IMG/VR virus record: IMGVR_UViG_3300030105_003283
Span: 1-58,856 of that record
DNA: 58,856 bases
Reading direction: 5' to 3' (one strand)
Source: a virus
Lineage: Duplodnaviria > Caudoviricetes
Part shown: one piece after another, positions 55,439 to 58,856 of the stretch
How the letters are laid out: every line of letters begins with the position of its first letter
Position numbering within the stretch: position 1 is the first letter of the stretch
Position numbers and translations under genes: made by a program
Notes under the pieces: generated by a model
What the model was told of the DNA's origin: nothing
The model's database searches: none
What the model saw: only the letters and a program-made list of their open reading frames with translations

Positions 55439-56686
55439 TTATAGTATTGACTTTGCCTCGCCTTCTAATAAGTATCTTGGGCGACCACCATTGTCCGTTC
55501 TCATGGTCTCTGTGCTTATTCCAAAGTGATCAAACAGAGTTGCTTGAAGATCAAGTGGCCCAACAGGATTTGCTATTGGGCTGTATGACCTGTCTGCCTC
55601 GCCAATTGTTCTACCTGACTGATATTCCCCGCCAGCCATAAGCATTGGAGTAATTGAGGGCCAGTGGTCTCTTCCAGAGTTTCCGTTAATTTTAGTTCTT
55701 CCAAACTCACCAGTAACAACAAGAATAATTTTCTCGTTTAGTCCGCGATCCCAAACGTCCTGTAGAAATCCGGATATGGCCTTATCAACAGGGGGAACTT
55801 TAGTTTTCATAGCTTGAGATATATCACTATGCATGTCCCAGCCGCCATATGTAAGTGTCACAAAGCGTGTTCCATATTCTGCAAGCCTTCTAGCAAGAAG
55901 TAGCTGCGTTCCTATGGTGTCGGAGCCATAAAGAGCTTTTGTCTTTTCATCTTCTTTATCTAGATTAAAAGCGTCCTTGGCAGACCCAAGAATTACATCA
56001 TAGGCTTGTCCCTTATAGAACTCTGAGGACTTTGCTCCGTTACCAGAAATTCCAGTTGCGTCCAGAGCGTTTAACAGTCCTTTTCTATTGGTAAACCTGT
56101 CGATTTCTATTCTAGGGGTAAGATTGTCTTTGTTGGATGGGTCAAACGGTTTATACGCACCCCCAAGCCAAGATCCCTCATCCCCCTCTATTTTACCCTG
56201 TTTTACATAGGAGGGCATACCATTTTCTGGATGGTTAGTTCCATAGGAAGCAGACACGATAGACCCAAAGGATGGATGCTCTGTCATAGAGGTAGTAGTT
56301 CTGTCCGTGTTGTAATGTCCAGTCATCATAAAATGAGTTCCCTGTCTGTGGGAAGAGTCTTTATGACTGAAAGAGTTTACTACGTTTAGCTTGCTCGTAT
56401 GCTTGGAAAGCTCTTTCCAATCAGCGCCAAGAGAGATGTTAGTTTTTGAATCATATATTCTACCGTTTGCTGGCTGCCATTCTGAGGGAGTGTTATCTAG
56501 TGGAGCATGAAATGTCTCAAATTGAGATGGGCCTCCTCCAAGCCATAGCCAGACCACTGTCTTGTCTTTGTATGCGACGGCCCCATCTTGAGAAAAGGCT
56601 CGGTCAGAAAGACCTATGGCGCTCATTCCGGCCCCTATGCCGCCAACCCTTAGAAAGTCTCTCCTGTTAAAGCTGATATCTAACAT
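55439..56686 (-). CDS. DUF1501-family protein with Tat signal
   Basis: NRRDFLRVG, WLGGGPSQFETF, HRQG, HPSFGS, ARRLAEYG, GGWDMH, GEFGRT, GRDHW. Confidence 0.9.
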   Translation of the reverse strand: MLDISFNRRDFLRVGGIGAGMSAIGLSDRAFSQDGAVAYKDKTVVWLWLGGGPSQFETFHAPLDNTPSEWQPANGRIYDSKTNISLGADWKELSKHTSKLNVVNSFSHKDSSHRQGTHFMMTGHYNTDRTTTSMTEHPSFGSIVSASYGTNHPENGMPSYVKQGKIEGDEGSWLGGAYKPFDPSNKDNLTPRIEIDRFTNRKGLLNALDATGISGNGAKSSEFYKGQAYDVILGSAKDAFNLDKEDEKTKALYGSDTIGTQLLLARRLAEYGTRFVTLTYGGWDMHSDISQAMKTKVPPVDKAISGFLQDVWDRGLNEKIILVVTGEFGRTKINGNSGRDHWPSITPMLMAGGEYQSGRTIGEADRSYSPIANPVGPLDLQATLFDHFGISTETMRTDNGGRPRYLLEGEAKSIL

Positions 56687-56723
56687 GTCATTCTCCCGAG
56701 ATTGTTGTTTTATAATACGTCTT

Positions 56724-57188
56724 TTATGATATACACATAAAACAGTCTTTTATCAGAGATTCTGCGGAGTCGTATTTTGTTTTAGATGACAGACTCTTGA
56801 CTAGCTTAGACGCATCCCTCTTTTTATAGCCCATGTTGCACAGACCAGAGATGGCTTCCGCCTCAATAACTTGACTCGTTGGGGGAGCTACGGCTTGGGG
56901 TGAGGCTTTCTTCTTTGGTTTAGTCGCCCTCTTCTGTTTGGGGGGTTTGCTGATTTTAACGACAGACTCTTCCCAAGTCTCGCTGGGTGTAAAGCCAACG
57001 TCTTTTGGTGGATTGTAGGTATTTTTTGCTGGAGTCCTTTTAGGGGGCGCGTATACTATTATCGGTCTCGCGGCAGCGGCAGCTATTGCCTCAAAAAACG
57101 CTCTTAAAAAGTACAAACTAATAGGAAGTATTAAACATCCTAAAAATAAAATTGCTAAATCCGAGTCCCAAGTTCCTACGTTTCTCAT
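56724..57188 (-). CDS. Membrane-anchored protein with RuvA C-terminal (domain III)-like domain
   Basis: N-terminal TM, P/K-rich linker, EAISGLCNMGYKKRDASKLV..AESLIKDCF. Confidence 0.65.
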   Translation of the reverse strand: MRNVGTWDSDLAILFLGCLILPISLYFLRAFFEAIAAAAARPIIVYAPPKRTPAKNTYNPPKDVGFTPSETWEESVVKISKPPKQKRATKPKKKASPQAVAPPTSQVIEAEAISGLCNMGYKKRDASKLVKSLSSKTKYDSAESLIKDCFMCIS

Positions 57189-57189
57189 A

Positions 57190-57432
57190 CTATTGCTCCT
57201 TAAAATTTCTTATTTGACACGCTCTGTTTTGTAACGACTCCACCTCTCTCTTCAAGAAATAAGTTTCCCTTTCGAGCTTCCTTTCCTCTCTCCTCACCGC
57301 TTGTCTTTTGAGTTTTACTTTTGCAAAATTCTTTTTCTTTTCCTTTGTGCTTACGCTCCTCTTTTTATTTCGTTTTTGATTTTTAACTTCTTTGGATTTG
57401 TTTTTCTTTTTCATAGGGTATTCACTATTCAA
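57190..57432 (-). CDS. Highly basic hypothetical protein
   Basis: 80 aa, K/R-rich. Confidence 0.5.
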   Translation of the reverse strand: MNSEYPMKKKNKSKEVKNQKRNKKRSVSTKEKKKNFAKVKLKRQAVRREERKLERETYFLKREVESLQNRACQIRNFKEQ

Positions 57433-57601
57433 CCTTTAGTCGCCTTGCCAGCTTTCTTTTTGTCTTGTTGAGCTTCTTTTTTTTCTTAGAAAGCTCTCTC
57501 TGGTCAGATGGAGAAACGTCTGGGCTATACTCCCTGTCTGAGAGGGTAGATATTTGGTCTTCTATTTTTTGTATTCGAGATAATATGTTGTTTTTGTTCA
57601 T
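57425..57601 (-). CDS. Small basic coiled-coil protein
   Basis: MNKNNILSRIQKIEDQI..KKKKKLNKTKRKLARR. Confidence 0.5.
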   Translation of the reverse strand: MNKNNILSRIQKIEDQISTLSDREYSPDVSPSDQRELSKKKKKLNKTKRKLARRLKVE

Positions 57602-57616
57602 AGTTTTACGTAGTGT

Positions 57617-57666
57617 AAAAAACCGTCCCACCCCGAAAAACGTGAAAAAATCCGGGGCGGGGACGG
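57617..57666 (-). terminator. Intrinsic terminator after ssb
   Basis: CCGTCCCCGCCCCGG..CGGGGTGGGACGG stem followed by T6. Confidence 0.75.
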
Positions 57667-57680
57667 CTACACAACCCCTA

Positions 57681-58058
57681 CTAGAAGGGTTCTTTCTCCG
57701 AGTCTTCAGAGGCGGACACGGCTGAAGCCTTTTTCATATTGGTGGGTTTTACCACCTTTGAAAAACTACTAGGAAGAACGCTGTAGGAAGTCCTACTGTT
57801 TCCATTTTTATCTTCCCAGTCCCGCTGTCGAATTCGACCATCCACAATTACTCGATCACCCTTTTCAAGGCCAACATTTTCGGAATAAGCCGCATGGCTA
57901 CCCCATCCGTCAACATCTAAATAGATGGTTTCCTCTTTGCCGTTTCCGATTGACTCGTTTACGGCGATACGAAATGTAACCAGTTCTTTTTCAGAAATGG
58001 TTTTATATTCGGGATCTTTTGTAAGATTTCCCTTAAGAACAATACGATTATTATACAT
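57681..58058 (-). CDS. ssb: Single-stranded DNA-binding protein
   Basis: NRIVLKGNLTKDPE, FRIAVN, KGDRVIVDGRI..WEDKNG; acidic tail ending PF. Confidence 0.92.
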   Translation of the reverse strand: MYNNRIVLKGNLTKDPEYKTISEKELVTFRIAVNESIGNGKEETIYLDVDGWGSHAAYSENVGLEKGDRVIVDGRIRQRDWEDKNGNSRTSYSVLPSSFSKVVKPTNMKKASAVSASEDSEKEPF

Positions 58059-58082
58059 ATTTAAACTCCCAAAAATTTTTAA

Positions 58083-58298
58083 CTAAACAGATAAACGACG
58101 AGATAAAGCTTTGCGAGCCAACACGCGGGCCTGCTTGACACCATGATCTCTCAACAGACCTCTAACAACACCACCACTGGAAGTACCAGAGAAAGTGGAA
58201 TAAAAATCTCGGCCAGACATTTGGCCATTTGCAAAACTAGAAACAGTACTAATATTACGCTTCGTACTTAGAAGCGACGTCCAATTTGTAGTCATCAA
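58083..58298 (-). CDS. Hypothetical protein
   Basis: 71-aa ORF, ATGA-coupled. Confidence 0.6.
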   Translation of the reverse strand: MMTTNWTSLLSTKRNISTVSSFANGQMSGRDFYSTFSGTSSGGVVRGLLRDHGVKQARVLARKALSRRLSV

Positions 58299-58705
58299 GA
58301 CTCTCCTTTTCTTTTCAAAGAAACAATAGCTAACTTATGTGGACTATTATAAACGCTGTCCATCAATCGCGACTTTCTCTCACTGCCCATGTATAGGAAC
58401 TCGAACCCGTGTGCATTTCTACCGTGTCCCACAACCAATAGGCCATCTTTTATTACTCTTCTTACTTTGTATATACCGGCGTCTGTAAAATAAATACGCT
58501 CACCGCTATCTTTAATATAATAGTCTCCAGACCTACCAATGACACGTATATATTCTCCAATATCTAGAGATTTCCAATCTTCAATAAATCGGCTTTTCTT
58601 TTTATAGAAAACAAATCCGCAATCTTTGCAGGAAGACAGTCTTGCGTGACACTGCTCTTGACAGTCTGGGCAAACTTTAACTGGGGCTTTTCTTTTATTT
58701 TTCAT
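58295..58705 (-). CDS. Hypothetical protein with N-terminal Zn ribbon
   Basis: CPDC..CKDCG; GAGG RBS; follows consensus promoter. Confidence 0.65.
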   Translation of the reverse strand: MKNKRKAPVKVCPDCQEQCHARLSSCKDCGFVFYKKKSRFIEDWKSLDIGEYIRVIGRSGDYYIKDSGERIYFTDAGIYKVRRVIKDGLLVVGHGRNAHGFEFLYMGSERKSRLMDSVYNSPHKLAIVSLKRKGES

Positions 58706-58736
58706 TCCTCAATCCTTTATGCTAATGACTAACACC

Positions 58737-58765
58737 ATTATATCATATAGCGTCCCATTTGTCAA
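58737..58765 (-). promoter_or_regulatory. Consensus sigma70 promoter
   Basis: TTGACA-17 nt-TATAAT with A-rich upstream tract. Confidence 0.85.
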
Positions 58766-58856
58766 ATCTTTTTTTTATTTTTTTTATCAAATCCCATAGA
58801 GTCGTGTATGCCGTGTCGCCGGTTGTAGCATTGTTCGACTATGTGTTCCTGAATAT

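Larger units (their letters stand above)
1..58856 (-). mobile_element. Fragment of a large tailed bacteriophage genome, probable Planctomycetota host
   Basis: Single-strand dense coding; phage-type replisome (DnaE, DnaB, primase, RecA, dNMP kinase, two SSBs), NrdJ, dUTPase, PhoH, own sigma factor, holin-like and tube-like genes; no ribosomal or central metabolic operons; DUF1501 and secretin-like motifs typical of planctomycetes. Confidence 0.85.

Noticed and set aside
47036-56737. TGTGTATA as a late-promoter motif (near 47040 and 56730)
   Set aside because: Only two upstream occurrences, and the core also occurs inside genes; insufficient support
1483-57725. All plus-strand ORFs in the track (e.g. 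1483-2040, 33874-34386, 40506-40952, 49022-49375)
   Set aside because: They are antisense shadows of well-supported minus-strand genes, with no motifs or RBS; 49022-49375 overlaps the real 58-aa holin-like gene
58770-58856. tRNA or gene at the right edge
   Set aside because: No cloverleaf or T-loop consensus; too short to assign a reading frame

Overview
The window reads as a 58.9-kb piece of a large tailed-phage genome (possibly jumbo; genome size cannot be seen here). Every credible gene is on the minus strand, tightly packed, with frequent ATGA/TAATG start-stop overlaps, and there are no cellular housekeeping operons. In transcription order (right to left) it holds four blocks. (1) A host-interaction block (58.7-49.6 kb): SSB, a membrane-anchored RuvA-domain-III-like protein, three Tat-signal DUF1501 proteins, IscA/ErpA, a Tat-signal Cys-rich/EF-hand protein and a small secreted protein with a planctomycete secretin-like motif. 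Together these point to a Planctomycetota host (inference). (2) A sigma factor, two holin-like genes, putative virion proteins, class II RNR, dUTPase and PhoH. (3) A replication/recombination module: RecA, DnaB, primase, dNMP kinase, a Cas4/RecB-like nuclease and an intein-free split DnaE whose halves flank a DEDDh exonuclease and an EndoVII nuclease. (4) A glycan-building island of at least 24 kb: Gmd, Fcl, GT10 and GT11 fucosyltransferases, three sulfotransferases, GT47/GT2/GT4/GT25 enzymes and methyltransferases, suggestive of a sulfated, fucosylated glycan. Three perfect and one near-perfect sigma70 promoters, two intrinsic terminators and two candidate structured RNAs are visible. All family calls come from motif recognition by eye; no database search was run.
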